A model generated the notes under the pieces. That model was not told the DNA's origin. It ran no database searches and was given only the letters and a program-made list of their open reading frames with translations. Positions 44,455 through 53,121 of a DNA stretch of 64,000 nucleotides are shown piece after piece. Source of the DNA: an uncultured Collinsella sp. (lineage in GTDB: Bacteria > Actinomycetota > Coriobacteriia > Coriobacteriales > Coriobacteriaceae); assembly GCA_900542905.1 (NCBI GenBank), contig UQPF01000005.1, forward strand, positions 62,129-126,128. Direction: 5' to 3'. Position 1 is the first letter of the stretch. The number at the start of each line of letters is the position of its first letter. A program made the position numbers and the translations under genes.

Positions 44455-46083
44455 CTAACCTCGAGCTTCTTTGAGCATCTGCTTTGCGTGGGCCAAGCTT
44501 GCCTCCGATTGATCGCCGCTCAACATGCGGGCGATCTCGGCGGTACGCGCTTCGCCGGTTACCTCGTCCAAATGCGTCTGGGGAACATCGCCTGGCTCCT
44601 TACTGACCACGTAATGCTTGTCAGCCATGACGGCGACCTGCGCCAAGTGGGTTACGACAATCACCTGATGCGTAGCGGCGAGATCTGCCAGCACGCCCGC
44701 GAGTGCACGCGCCGTGGAGCCACCGACACCAGCATCGACCTCGTCAAACACCAGTGTATCGACACCATCCGCGTTACCGAGGACAACCTTGCTTGCCAGC
44801 ATGACGCGGCTGAGCTCGCCGCCCGACGCAATGCGGCGCAGGGGGCGCGGCGTCAAACCGGCACCGCTGCGGTATAGCAGCTCGTAGCTCGAAGGACCAG
44901 CGGGCGTCCACTCAGCACGAGGAAGATCGCGCGACTCCCAGACGAGCTCGGCGCCGCCCATCTCCAGGCGAGCCATCTGGCGGCCCACCTCATGGCAGAA
45001 GCGCGGGGCCGCCGTATTGCGGGCGCGCTTAAGTGCCTTGGCAGCGGCAAACAACTCGCGCTCGGCGCTCCCGAGTGCCTCACGCGCCTTTTTGATCTGT
45101 TCATCGCCATCATCGACCAGGGACAGCAGCTCTTGCGAGCGATCGCGCATGGCAAAAACATCGTCCATGGTGGGACCCCACTGACGCAACAGGCCCTTGA
45201 GGTCGGAATACCGATCACGCATGCGAGCGAGCTCGCGCGGGTCGAAGGCGACGCCATCGCGATAGGCACGAAGCTCGTTCGCGCAATCCTCAAGGGAGAT
45301 ACAGGCATCCGAAAGCGCATCGGCAATGTCGCCCAGTTTGCGATCGACGGTAGCCATACGGGAAAGCTCTGCCACGGCGTTGTTCACGGCATCGAGCGCT
45401 CCCCCTTCGGCGACAAGCGATGCATGGGCATCGCTAGCAGTGGCAACCAGTACCTCGGCATGTTCGGAGCGCGGCAGCAGTTCCTCGAGTTCCTCATACT
45501 CGCCCGGCCTGGGGTCGACCTCGGCAATGCGCTCGAGCGCAAAGCGCGCTTCCTCGACGCGACTCCCCCGCGCACGTGAGGCCTCCTCGACGCGACGGAC
45601 CTCCTTGGCAGCCGCGCGCGAGGCTTTAAAGCAAGCACGGTAGTGCTCGAGCGCCTCGGGCGCAGAGCGTCCCGCCCAGGCATCGACCATCGCAACGTGA
45701 TGCGCCGGATCGAGCAAGCGCTGGTGCTCGTGCTGGCCGCACAGATCCATCATCACGCCGACGCGCTCCGAAAGCTCGCGCACACTGGCAATGCGACCGT
45801 CAATCTTCACGCGGCTGCGGCCCTCGGCAGAAAGACTGCGCTGCACGGTGAAGCCCTCCGTGTCGTGCGGCCCGTCGAAGAGTCGCGCCTCGACGCTCGC
45901 CAGTGCCTCGCCCTCGCGCACCGTCGACGAATCCGCACGCTCGCCCAAAATTAGCTTGAGGGCCGAGAGCAGCGCGGTCTTGCCGGCGCCAGTCTCGCCA
46001 GTCAGGACAGTCAGGCCGGCACTCGGCACCAGCGTCGCCTCGCGAATGAGTGCAATGTTATAAACCTGCAGCTCATCGATCAT
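44455..46083 (-). CDS. recN: DNA repair protein RecN
   Basis: 542 aa with N-terminal Walker A GETGAGKT, a coiled-coil middle region and a C-terminal SGGELSR signature. Confidence 0.95.
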   Translation of the reverse strand: MIDELQVYNIALIREATLVPSAGLTVLTGETGAGKTALLSALKLILGERADSSTVREGEALASVEARLFDGPHDTEGFTVQRSLSAEGRSRVKIDGRIASVRELSERVGVMMDLCGQHEHQRLLDPAHHVAMVDAWAGRSAPEALEHYRACFKASRAAAKEVRRVEEASRARGSRVEEARFALERIAEVDPRPGEYEELEELLPRSEHAEVLVATASDAHASLVAEGGALDAVNNAVAELSRMATVDRKLGDIADALSDACISLEDCANELRAYRDGVAFDPRELARMRDRYSDLKGLLRQWGPTMDDVFAMRDRSQELLSLVDDGDEQIKKAREALGSAERELFAAAKALKRARNTAAPRFCHEVGRQMARLEMGGAELVWESRDLPRAEWTPAGPSSYELLYRSGAGLTPRPLRRIASGGELSRVMLASKVVLGNADGVDTLVFDEVDAGVGGSTARALAGVLADLAATHQVIVVTHLAQVAVMADKHYVVSKEPGDVPQTHLDEVTGEARTAEIARMLSGDQSEASLAHAKQMLKEARG

Positions 46084-46933
46084 GACGGACTCCGTAGAAT
46101 ACGCGGCTCACCGAGTTATAGAAGCTCTCGGGGCCGTAATCCAGCAGCAACACATCTCCGGGCCCGCGGCGCACCGCCACGCTCTCAACGGTGCCATCGC
46201 AGGTAATAAACTGTCCATCGATAGCGATCGCCGGAACGCTCGGGCGATCATCGGACATAAAGATTTCGACGACATCACTCGGCGAGGTCAAAAAGGCACG
46301 AGCCTGAATGGTGTGCGGCGCAATGGGTGCGCAGACCATGCCCGTATAGTCGGGGCTCACGATGGGGCCACCGGCACTGAGCGCGTAACCCGTAGAACCA
46401 GTCGCCGTGGACACGACCACGCCGTCGCCACGCAGACGGTCGATATGATGGCCGGACACCGTGATGTCGAACTCGACCATATCGGACAGCGGACCGCGGG
46501 TAAGCGCCATGTCGTTGAGGGCGAAGGTGCGCACGACATCCTTCATACCGTCTTCGCGCACGGACACGATATCCGCGGCGATGGTGGCGCGACGGCTCAC
46601 GTGCAGCTCACCGGACAGGGCGTCGCTCACGACCTGCAGGATGTCGCGCTCCTCGGGGCTCGCAGCAGTTAGAAAGCCCAGGTGACCATAGGAAAGACCG
46701 AGGATAGGAATCTCACGATGGTTGAGGATGCGGGCAGCGCGCAGCAACGTACCGTCGCCGCCGAGCGTAATGACCAGATCGGAGCCGTCAATATCAGGCG
46801 TGCTCTGAATCTTGGATCGCTGGTCGGCAGCCCATGCGACCTCATAGCCCTGGCGAGTCAGCCAAAGCTCGAGCATCAGGCCGCTCTCGACCGCCTCTTG
46901 CTTGTAGTAATTGGGAACCAGAAAGACCTTCAT
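46073..46933 (-). CDS. nadK: NAD+ kinase
   Basis: GGDGTLL motif and the later SGSTGYALSAGGP-type segment (ATGSTGYALSAGGPIV). Confidence 0.93.
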   Translation of the reverse strand: MKVFLVPNYYKQEAVESGLMLELWLTRQGYEVAWAADQRSKIQSTPDIDGSDLVITLGGDGTLLRAARILNHREIPILGLSYGHLGFLTAASPEERDILQVVSDALSGELHVSRRATIAADIVSVREDGMKDVVRTFALNDMALTRGPLSDMVEFDITVSGHHIDRLRGDGVVVSTATGSTGYALSAGGPIVSPDYTGMVCAPIAPHTIQARAFLTSPSDVVEIFMSDDRPSVPAIAIDGQFITCDGTVESVAVRRGPGDVLLLDYGPESFYNSVSRVFYGVRHDR

Positions 46934-47742
46934 AGCGTTGCAGCTTTCTCGCTCATAACCGATACCTGGGATTGCAGCTCGTCTTGCGAGCGATCGCCGG
47001 GGTCAAATCTCGTGCCGTACAGGAAAAACTCAACGTTGCCCTTGGCACCATGAATGGGCGACACGCACACATCGACCGGGAACAGGCCCTTGGCAGCAAA
47101 GAGTTCAACCGCCGCCACGAGTGTATCGCGGCGCACGGCGGGATCGGTCACAATGCCGCCCTCGCCCACCAGCGCCGCCGGAGCCTCAAACTGCGGCTTT
47201 ACGAGCGTGCAGAATGCACCCGTAGGCGCCAGGCACGCCAGTACCGCATCGATAATGTTCGCGATGCTGGTAAACGAGACATCACACACAGCCAGGTCGA
47301 TAGTGCCGGCATAGCCAAGCTCAGGCAGCTGCGTCACGTTTGTGCGCTCATGCAGCGTCACGCGATCGTCCTGGCGCAACGACCAATCGAACTGGGCGCG
47401 ACCCACGTCCACCGAGACAACGGTCGCAGCTCCGCGCTTGAGCAGACAATCGGTAAAGCCGCCGGTAGAGCAGCCCACATCCAGACAGGCAAGGCCCGTC
47501 GGATTGATGCCAAACGCATCAAGCGCGCCTTCGAGCTTAAGACCGCCGCGGCCAACATAGGGAATGCGCCCCTTCACATGCAGCGGCAGCCCCGGGATCA
47601 CCTTAAGGCCCGGCGAAGTCAAGCGCTCACCGCCACTCGAGACCAAGCCGGCCATAAGAGTGCGAAGGGCATCCGCGCGATCGGCGCAGATGCCCTGTGA
47701 AATCAGTTCGTCATCAAGACGCACGCGTTTCATGAATGCCAT
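46930..47742 (-). CDS. tlyA: TlyA-family 16S/23S rRNA (cytidine-2'-O)-methyltransferase
   Basis: S4-like N-terminus (RLDDELISQG) and FtsJ-type SAM motif LDVGCSTGGFTD. The start is ambiguous (TTG 47745, ATG 47742, ATG 47733). Confidence 0.88.
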   Translation of the reverse strand: MAFMKRVRLDDELISQGICADRADALRTLMAGLVSSGGERLTSPGLKVIPGLPLHVKGRIPYVGRGGLKLEGALDAFGINPTGLACLDVGCSTGGFTDCLLKRGAATVVSVDVGRAQFDWSLRQDDRVTLHERTNVTQLPELGYAGTIDLAVCDVSFTSIANIIDAVLACLAPTGAFCTLVKPQFEAPAALVGEGGIVTDPAVRRDTLVAAVELFAAKGLFPVDVCVSPIHGAKGNVEFFLYGTRFDPGDRSQDELQSQVSVMSEKAATL

Positions 47743-47768
47743 CAACCATTCGTATCCGGAGATGCGGC

Positions 47769-48008
47769 CTAGCTATCCTGGGATTCGTTTGCCGCATCCT
47801 CATCGTATTCCTGCTCGAGCTTGTCGGCCTCACGCGGCGTCAACTCAAACTTGTCGACCATATCGACCGCGCGGGAGCCCAGCTCAATCGCTTCGTCAAA
47901 CAAATCGAGCGAACGCTCCAAGGAGGTATCCTTGGAGCGAACGGTAGCGATGATCTGATCCAGACGGTCCGAAATCTCATCAAAGTTACGGACAGAACCC
48001 TCTGGCAT
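47769..48008 (-). CDS. xseB: Exodeoxyribonuclease VII small subunit
   Basis: 79 aa. FDEISDRLDQIIATVRSKDTSLERSLDLFDEAIELG is typical of XseB. Confidence 0.88.
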   Translation of the reverse strand: MPEGSVRNFDEISDRLDQIIATVRSKDTSLERSLDLFDEAIELGSRAVDMVDKFELTPREADKLEQEYDEDAANESQDS

Positions 48009-48010
48009 GG

Positions 48011-48598
48011 CTACTCCTCGACGGAGTCGGCCTCGACGGCCTCAGCAGCGTCCGCATCCTCGGCCAGCACACCAGCCTCAGCCTGGGCAACCGCAACCTT
48101 AGCGGCAGCCTCGGCAGCCTGTGCCTCCTCGCGAGCGCGATCCTCGGCCAGCAGCTCCTGGTATAGGTCCTCGCCCGGCAGCTCCTCGCTGCGAGCGATC
48201 TTGCCCAGCACGCCGTTGACGAACGACGCGGACTGGTCGGTGCCATAGGCCTTGGCAAGCTCGACGGCCTCGTTGATCACGATGGCGTCCGAGACCTCCT
48301 CGTCGGTGAGGAAACGCATCTCGTAAACGGCGATACGCAGCAGATTGCGGTCGGCACCGGGCATGCGCATAAGATCCCAGTTCTTGGCAACGGAGCGCAG
48401 AGCGCAGTCGATGCGGTCGATATGCTCGTAGGCACCGCGGCACAGCTCCAGCGCATAGGGGTCGAGGGGACCCTTCGAGATCAGGAAATCACCCTCGAGG
48501 ACGCGCTCGAGCGGGCTGTCCGTGGCCTCGGCCTGGAACAGCAGCTGCAGCGCCTGACTGCGGGCAAGCGTACGCCCGCGATAAACCTTAAGGCTCAA
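48011..48598 (-). CDS. nusB: Transcription antitermination factor NusB with an acidic/Ala-rich C-terminal extension
   Basis: RTLARSQALQLLFQAE...INEAVELAKAYG... is the NusB fold signature. Confidence 0.9.
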   Translation of the reverse strand: MSLKVYRGRTLARSQALQLLFQAEATDSPLERVLEGDFLISKGPLDPYALELCRGAYEHIDRIDCALRSVAKNWDLMRMPGADRNLLRIAVYEMRFLTDEEVSDAIVINEAVELAKAYGTDQSASFVNGVLGKIARSEELPGEDLYQELLAEDRAREEAQAAEAAAKVAVAQAEAGVLAEDADAAEAVEADSVEE

Positions 48599-48601
48599 AG
48601 G

Positions 48602-48964
48602 TTACTCCTTGGGGAAAACGAGGCCGTCGATGCAAACGTCAACACGCTCAACCTCAACGCCAACCTGGGCATCGATGGCAGCGACCACGGCAGCGCGAAC
48701 GGCCTCGGCGAGTTTCTTGAACGGATAGCCAAAGAACACCACGACACGCACGGTGAGTGCGAGCTTGTCGCCAACGACCTCGGCCTCGACAGCCGGCTCG
48801 GAAGCCGGGGCCTTGGACGAGAGCATCATGGAGACAAGATTAGTGGCAAGGTCCTTGACGCCAACGGAGGCGATGCCCTCGACATCGGACACGGCGCGCG
48901 AGACGATGGCGGTCAGAACATCGGGCGAAATGCCGATGCCGTCAATCTTGATTTCTTGGGGCAT
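48602..48964 (-). CDS. Asp23/Gls24-family (alkaline shock) protein
   Basis: 120 aa. ISPDVLTAIVSRAVSDVEGI... is typical of the family. SD AGGAGGA lies upstream. Confidence 0.85.
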   Translation of the reverse strand: MPQEIKIDGIGISPDVLTAIVSRAVSDVEGIASVGVKDLATNLVSMMLSSKAPASEPAVEAEVVGDKLALTVRVVVFFGYPFKKLAEAVRAAVVAAIDAQVGVEVERVDVCIDGLVFPKE

Positions 48965-48988
48965 GAGTCCTCCTAGAAGAGTTGGTTG

Positions 48989-49552
48989 CTAGACGCGGGA
49001 GACGAACTTGCCGTCGCGGGTGTCAACCTTGATGACCTCGCCCTCGTTGAGGTACATGGGGACCTGGATGACAGCGCCGGTGTCGATCGTGGCCGGCTTG
49101 GTGGAACCCTGGACGGTATCGCCCTTAAAGCCCGGGTCGGTCTGGACGATGGTGGTCTCGATGAACATCGGCGGGGTCACGCCCATGAGCTCATCGTCGG
49201 CGAAGAGCAGCTGGCAGATGTCGTTCTCGCGCAGCCACTTGGAGTTCTCGCCCACCATGTCCTCGGGAACGGGAACCTGCTCATAGGACTCGTTGTCCAT
49301 GAAGATGTAGTCGGTGCCATCGTTGTAGAGGTACTGGAACTCACGGGTGGTGAGCATGACGCTCTCGAACTTGGTGCCGGCGTTGCAGGTGTTCTCGACG
49401 ACGCGGCCGCTCTTGATGTCGCGGGTCTTGTAGCGCACAAACGCGCCGCCCTTGCCCGGCTTGACATGCTGGAACTCGACGATGGTGTAGACCTTGTCCT
49501 TGATACGGAGACCGAGGCCGTTCTTGAAGTCGGCGGTAGAAATGGTAGGCAT
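48989..49552 (-). CDS. efp: Translation elongation factor P
   Basis: MPTISTADFKNGL...FQHVKPGKGGAFVRYKTR... (the Lys-containing KPGKG loop). ATG at 49552. Confidence 0.95.
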   Translation of the reverse strand: MPTISTADFKNGLGLRIKDKVYTIVEFQHVKPGKGGAFVRYKTRDIKSGRVVENTCNAGTKFESVMLTTREFQYLYNDGTDYIFMDNESYEQVPVPEDMVGENSKWLRENDICQLLFADDELMGVTPPMFIETTIVQTDPGFKGDTVQGSTKPATIDTGAVIQVPMYLNEGEVIKVDTRDGKFVSRV

Positions 49553-49645
49553 AGCGACCTTTCTTGTTATGGGCAGAACGCACAAGCGTCCAAATTACAT
49601 ACGACAGAAATTATACACTTGCAGACGGCGCCTGCGGCGAGCGCA

Positions 49646-49689
49646 TAAAAAGAGAACGCGGGGCGTCCGAATCGATTCGGACGCCCCGC
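49646..49689 (-). terminator. Intrinsic terminator after pepP
   Basis: On the minus strand: GCGGGGCGTCCGAAT-CG-ATTCGGACGCCCCGC followed by GTTCTCTTTTT. Confidence 0.8.
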
Positions 49690-49711
49690 CCCAAAAATCT
49701 ATCGAAATGGG

Positions 49712-50842
49712 CTAGCAATCGATGACGTGCAGGTCGTGCGGGGTCTTGGTGAAAGGCTCGTAGCCGTTCTCGGTGACCACGCCGTAATCCTCCAGGCGCA
49801 CGCCGCCCACGCCGGGCAGGTAAACGCCGGGCTCCATGGTGACAACCGAGCCGATCACGATGGTGTTCTTGCTGCGGTTGAAGTTGGGCAGCTCGTGGAT
49901 GTCGATACCGACGCCGTGGCCCAGGCCATGATTGTAGTAATCGCCATAGCCGGCATCGCCGATGATCTTCTTGGAAAGCTTGAAGATGTCGTTACCCTCA
50001 ACGCCCGGATGGATGGCGGCGACGCACTCCTCGTGCGTGCGGCGCACGAGCGCGTACAGGTCGAGCTGCTCCTGCGTGGGCTCGCCCATCACGACGGTGC
50101 GCGTCATGTCGGAGCGGTAATCGCAGTAGCCCGCGCCGTAATCCATGAGAACGAAATCGCCCTTCTCGATCACGCGATCGCTCGGCACGGCATGCGGGTT
50201 GGCGGTGTTGGGACCGCTCGCCACGATGGAGCCGAAGGCAAGGCTGTCGGCGCCGTTGGCGAACATAAAGTTCTCGAGCTCGTTGCGAACCTGCTTCTCG
50301 GTCATACCGGGCTTAATAAAGCCGAGCATATGCTGGAAAGCGGCATCGGTGATCGACTGCGCATGGCGCATAAGCTCAATCTCCTCGGCATCCTTGATGG
50401 CGCGCATCTTGCGGATGTCGTCGTGCATCAGCGGTAGGATGCAGGCGACGGAACGGTCCTCCAGGCCGCGCTGAATACCCTGGTAGAAGTTAATCTGCAT
50501 ATCGTCCTCGACAGCACAGACACGGCACTTGTTAGCCGCAATCTTGCCGGCGACCCAGCCGGGGATGGTACCCTCGTCCATGTCGTAAACCCAGGGGCTG
50601 CCGGCGGGCGTGTTCTCCTCAAAGCTGTTGAGGTAGCGCGAGTCGGTATGGAACAGGCACTGGTCGGCCGTAATAAACGCCGCGTGCGGGAATTCAAAGG
50701 TGTAGTCGAAGACGCCCTTCACGCCCGTAAGCCAACGAAGGTTGGCCTCGTCGCGCACCACGATGGCGTCGTAGCCACGCTCGGCCATCAGGGCACGGAC
50801 ACGCTCGATACGACCGGCAGGACCGGCAGCAAACTCAGACAT
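49712..50842 (-). CDS. pepP: Xaa-Pro aminopeptidase (M24B family)
   Basis: Creatinase-like N-domain plus an M24 metal-ligand pattern (DYGAGYCDYRSDMTRT, HGLGHGVGIDIHE, MEPG, RLED). Confidence 0.9.
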   Translation of the reverse strand: MSEFAAGPAGRIERVRALMAERGYDAIVVRDEANLRWLTGVKGVFDYTFEFPHAAFITADQCLFHTDSRYLNSFEENTPAGSPWVYDMDEGTIPGWVAGKIAANKCRVCAVEDDMQINFYQGIQRGLEDRSVACILPLMHDDIRKMRAIKDAEEIELMRHAQSITDAAFQHMLGFIKPGMTEKQVRNELENFMFANGADSLAFGSIVASGPNTANPHAVPSDRVIEKGDFVLMDYGAGYCDYRSDMTRTVVMGEPTQEQLDLYALVRRTHEECVAAIHPGVEGNDIFKLSKKIIGDAGYGDYYNHGLGHGVGIDIHELPNFNRSKNTIVIGSVVTMEPGVYLPGVGGVRLEDYGVVTENGYEPFTKTPHDLHVIDC

Positions 50843-50974
50843 GCAGATTCCTTTCTTGTTGTCTCTATAAAGACGGGACGGGTCTCAACCGAACGACGGA
50901 ATCGCATGCGATCCGCAACCGATTGGAAACCCGCCCCTCAACATGATACGAAAGACGATGGATGTCAATAAAAC

Positions 50975-52084
50975 TTAGAGAAGTTCTTTGCGAGAAGCCA
51001 AGTAGGCGTGAGCATGGCGCTCAAGAACCTCGTCCTCAACGCACGTTAGACGAATAGCGCCGAGTGCCGCGGGCAGCGGCAACATACTGCGGTTCGAGCG
51101 GACAAACTGCTGCCTGCGGAACTCCTCGATATATGCGGCAGGCTCCAGATCGAAGGCAAGTTCCTCGATGCCAAAGTCCTCCAGGCAGTCATCGACCTCA
51201 AAGACGTAATCGATATCAAAGTCGCAGGCATCATGTGCTAGGCGCGCCTCAAAGCGCATGCCCTCGGATAACAGCTGATAGGCAGGGACCTGCGAAGCGG
51301 CATCGCCCAAGCAGGCGCGCAGGGTGCGCTCCCCCGTCTTACCAAAATCGAGCGCATGACGTGCGCTCGGGTTCGTGGCCATCAGTACGTCCTTTCGGGC
51401 AGTCTGAGACCACTGAACGGCATTGACGAGCGCGACCTCCTCGCCCGCGAGAATCTCGGGGACGGTCTCGGTAAACTGATTCCAGCGGGACTTGCTGCTC
51501 GAAAGCATGGTGCCAACAAGTACCACATAGCCGAGCTTGAGGTCCTCGGGGTCCGCCTCGCGAACAAGGTCGAGGTCACACACGACCAGGCCCGGCTCGG
51601 GACGGAACGCGATAGCGGGAAGCGCATTCGCCGACGAGGCGACGAGCGGCTTCATGGTCGTCGCGACCGTAAGCATGGCATCGAACGTCGTCGGCAGCAG
51701 GGCGCACTCGGTGCGACCGCACCACTGATTGGCACACCAGCAAACGACCGAGCAGGTCGCCGTATCGCCGACAGCGACAACGAGATCGTCGCAGGTAATG
51801 CCGTTAGCCGACAGGGCGCCAAAGACGGTATCGGCATCGGCCAGCGTAGCACCGGCAGGCGAAACCTCGAGGACGAGCAGCGACACGGCAAAACCGGCGT
51901 CGACCAGCGCATGCTCGACAACCTCGCCTAAACGCTCTGACGTGGCGGTATTCCAAACCACCATCGCGCGCTTAGGCTTGCCCACGGCCGAGGCAAACAT
52001 GCGCGAAAGCTCATCGAACGCACCCAATCCGACGCGAACATCGACACTGCGGTTTTGGAAATTGATCAGTTGACGGCGAATCAT
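50975..52084 (-). CDS. 3-dehydroquinate synthase-like protein (divergent; catalytic motifs not recognisable)
   Basis: ATGA overlap with the aroK stop. Length (369 aa), synteny (aroK-aroB-pepQ-efp-nusB) and overall pattern (…LPTT…) fit AroB. The GGGxxGD, GHTxGHAxE and HGEAV positions are substituted. Confidence 0.6.
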   Translation of the reverse strand: MIRRQLINFQNRSVDVRVGLGAFDELSRMFASAVGKPKRAMVVWNTATSERLGEVVEHALVDAGFAVSLLVLEVSPAGATLADADTVFGALSANGITCDDLVVAVGDTATCSVVCWCANQWCGRTECALLPTTFDAMLTVATTMKPLVASSANALPAIAFRPEPGLVVCDLDLVREADPEDLKLGYVVLVGTMLSSSKSRWNQFTETVPEILAGEEVALVNAVQWSQTARKDVLMATNPSARHALDFGKTGERTLRACLGDAASQVPAYQLLSEGMRFEARLAHDACDFDIDYVFEVDDCLEDFGIEELAFDLEPAAYIEEFRRQQFVRSNRSMLPLPAALGAIRLTCVEDEVLERHAHAYLASRKELL

Positions 52085-52614
52085 AGCAGTCCACGCTCCA
52101 AAAGCATCTCGGCACAAAGGTAGGAAACGTCCTCGAAGGACTTGTTGCGAATATCGAGGGTAAGGTCGGCGGCCTGTCGATACAGCGGACGGCGATGCTC
52201 AAACAGGCGCGCGGCATGCTCGGGAGAGCGGAAATCGGGGCGCGTGTCGGACCGACGAATCTGGCGAATCGAATCCTCGAAATCGCCCTCGAGGTACACG
52301 CACGTACCCATTTCGTGCATCAGCTCAATATTCACCGGCGTTTCTACGATACCGCCCCCGCACGAAACCAACAGGCTGCGCTCGCTTTGGAGCGAACGGA
52401 GCGCCGAGGTCTCGAGCTCGCGAAAACGATCCTCGCCCTCGGTCTTAAAAATCTCGGTTACCGACTTGCCGCAACGGCGCACGACCAGACGGTCGGTATC
52501 GATAAAACGCCGCTTGAACATAGTCCCGACGTTGCGCGCAAGCGTCGACTTGCCCGCGCCCAAAAAGCCGATAAAGAAGATATGGTCACAGCCGTGTTTG
52601 ATGTGCTGAGACAT
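52081..52614 (-). CDS. aroK: Shikimate kinase
   Basis: Walker A GFLGAGKST, then DTD and GGGIV motifs; 177 aa. Confidence 0.9.
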   Translation of the reverse strand: MSQHIKHGCDHIFFIGFLGAGKSTLARNVGTMFKRRFIDTDRLVVRRCGKSVTEIFKTEGEDRFRELETSALRSLQSERSLLVSCGGGIVETPVNIELMHEMGTCVYLEGDFEDSIRQIRRSDTRPDFRSPEHAARLFEHRRPLYRQAADLTLDIRNKSFEDVSYLCAEMLLERGLL

Positions 52615-52622
52615 GGCGAAAC

Positions 52623-53120
52623 CTATTCCTCGCAGGGAAGGTCGCGAAGGGCCCGGCGCTCAAAGATACGGAAGATCTGCGTGTACCACAGGTCCTGGGT
52701 TGCCTGCGGCTTGACCAGAATAGTGTCAACGCCGGCAAAGTTTCCGCTCCATACGTCGGTGTACAGCTGGTCACCGATCAGTACGGCCTCGTCGGCTGTG
52801 GCGCCCAGACGCTTAAGACCCGCTTTCAGGGCAAACGGGGCGGGCTTCATGGCGTGGCTGATGGCCTCGAGCCCCAACTCGCGCGCCGACGCCATGACCT
52901 GGTCGCGATGCCAGTTATTGGACACCATGCACAGCTTAAAGCCCTTGGCATGGGCGGCCTCGAGCCAGGCGGAAACCGCGGTGGGAACCTGCTCGGTGTC
53001 GCGTGGCACCAGGGTGTTATCGCGATCGAGCAGAATGGCGCGTTTGCCGTCGGCCCACAGGGTATCAAGGTCGATGCGATCGACCGAGGCAACGTATCGT
53101 TTGGGGCTAAAAATCCTCAT
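52623..53120 (-). CDS. HAD-IIIA phosphatase, YqeG-like
   Basis: ATG at 53120, 1 nt after the mltG stop. LLDRDNTLV (DxDxT-type motif), VSNN and IGDQLYTDV. The Arg-rich upstream part of the 240-aa track ORF was rejected. Confidence 0.8.
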   Translation of the reverse strand: MRIFSPKRYVASVDRIDLDTLWADGKRAILLDRDNTLVPRDTEQVPTAVSAWLEAAHAKGFKLCMVSNNWHRDQVMASARELGLEAISHAMKPAPFALKAGLKRLGATADEAVLIGDQLYTDVWSGNFAGVDTILVKPQATQDLWYTQIFRIFERRALRDLPCEE

Positions 53121-53121
53121 G

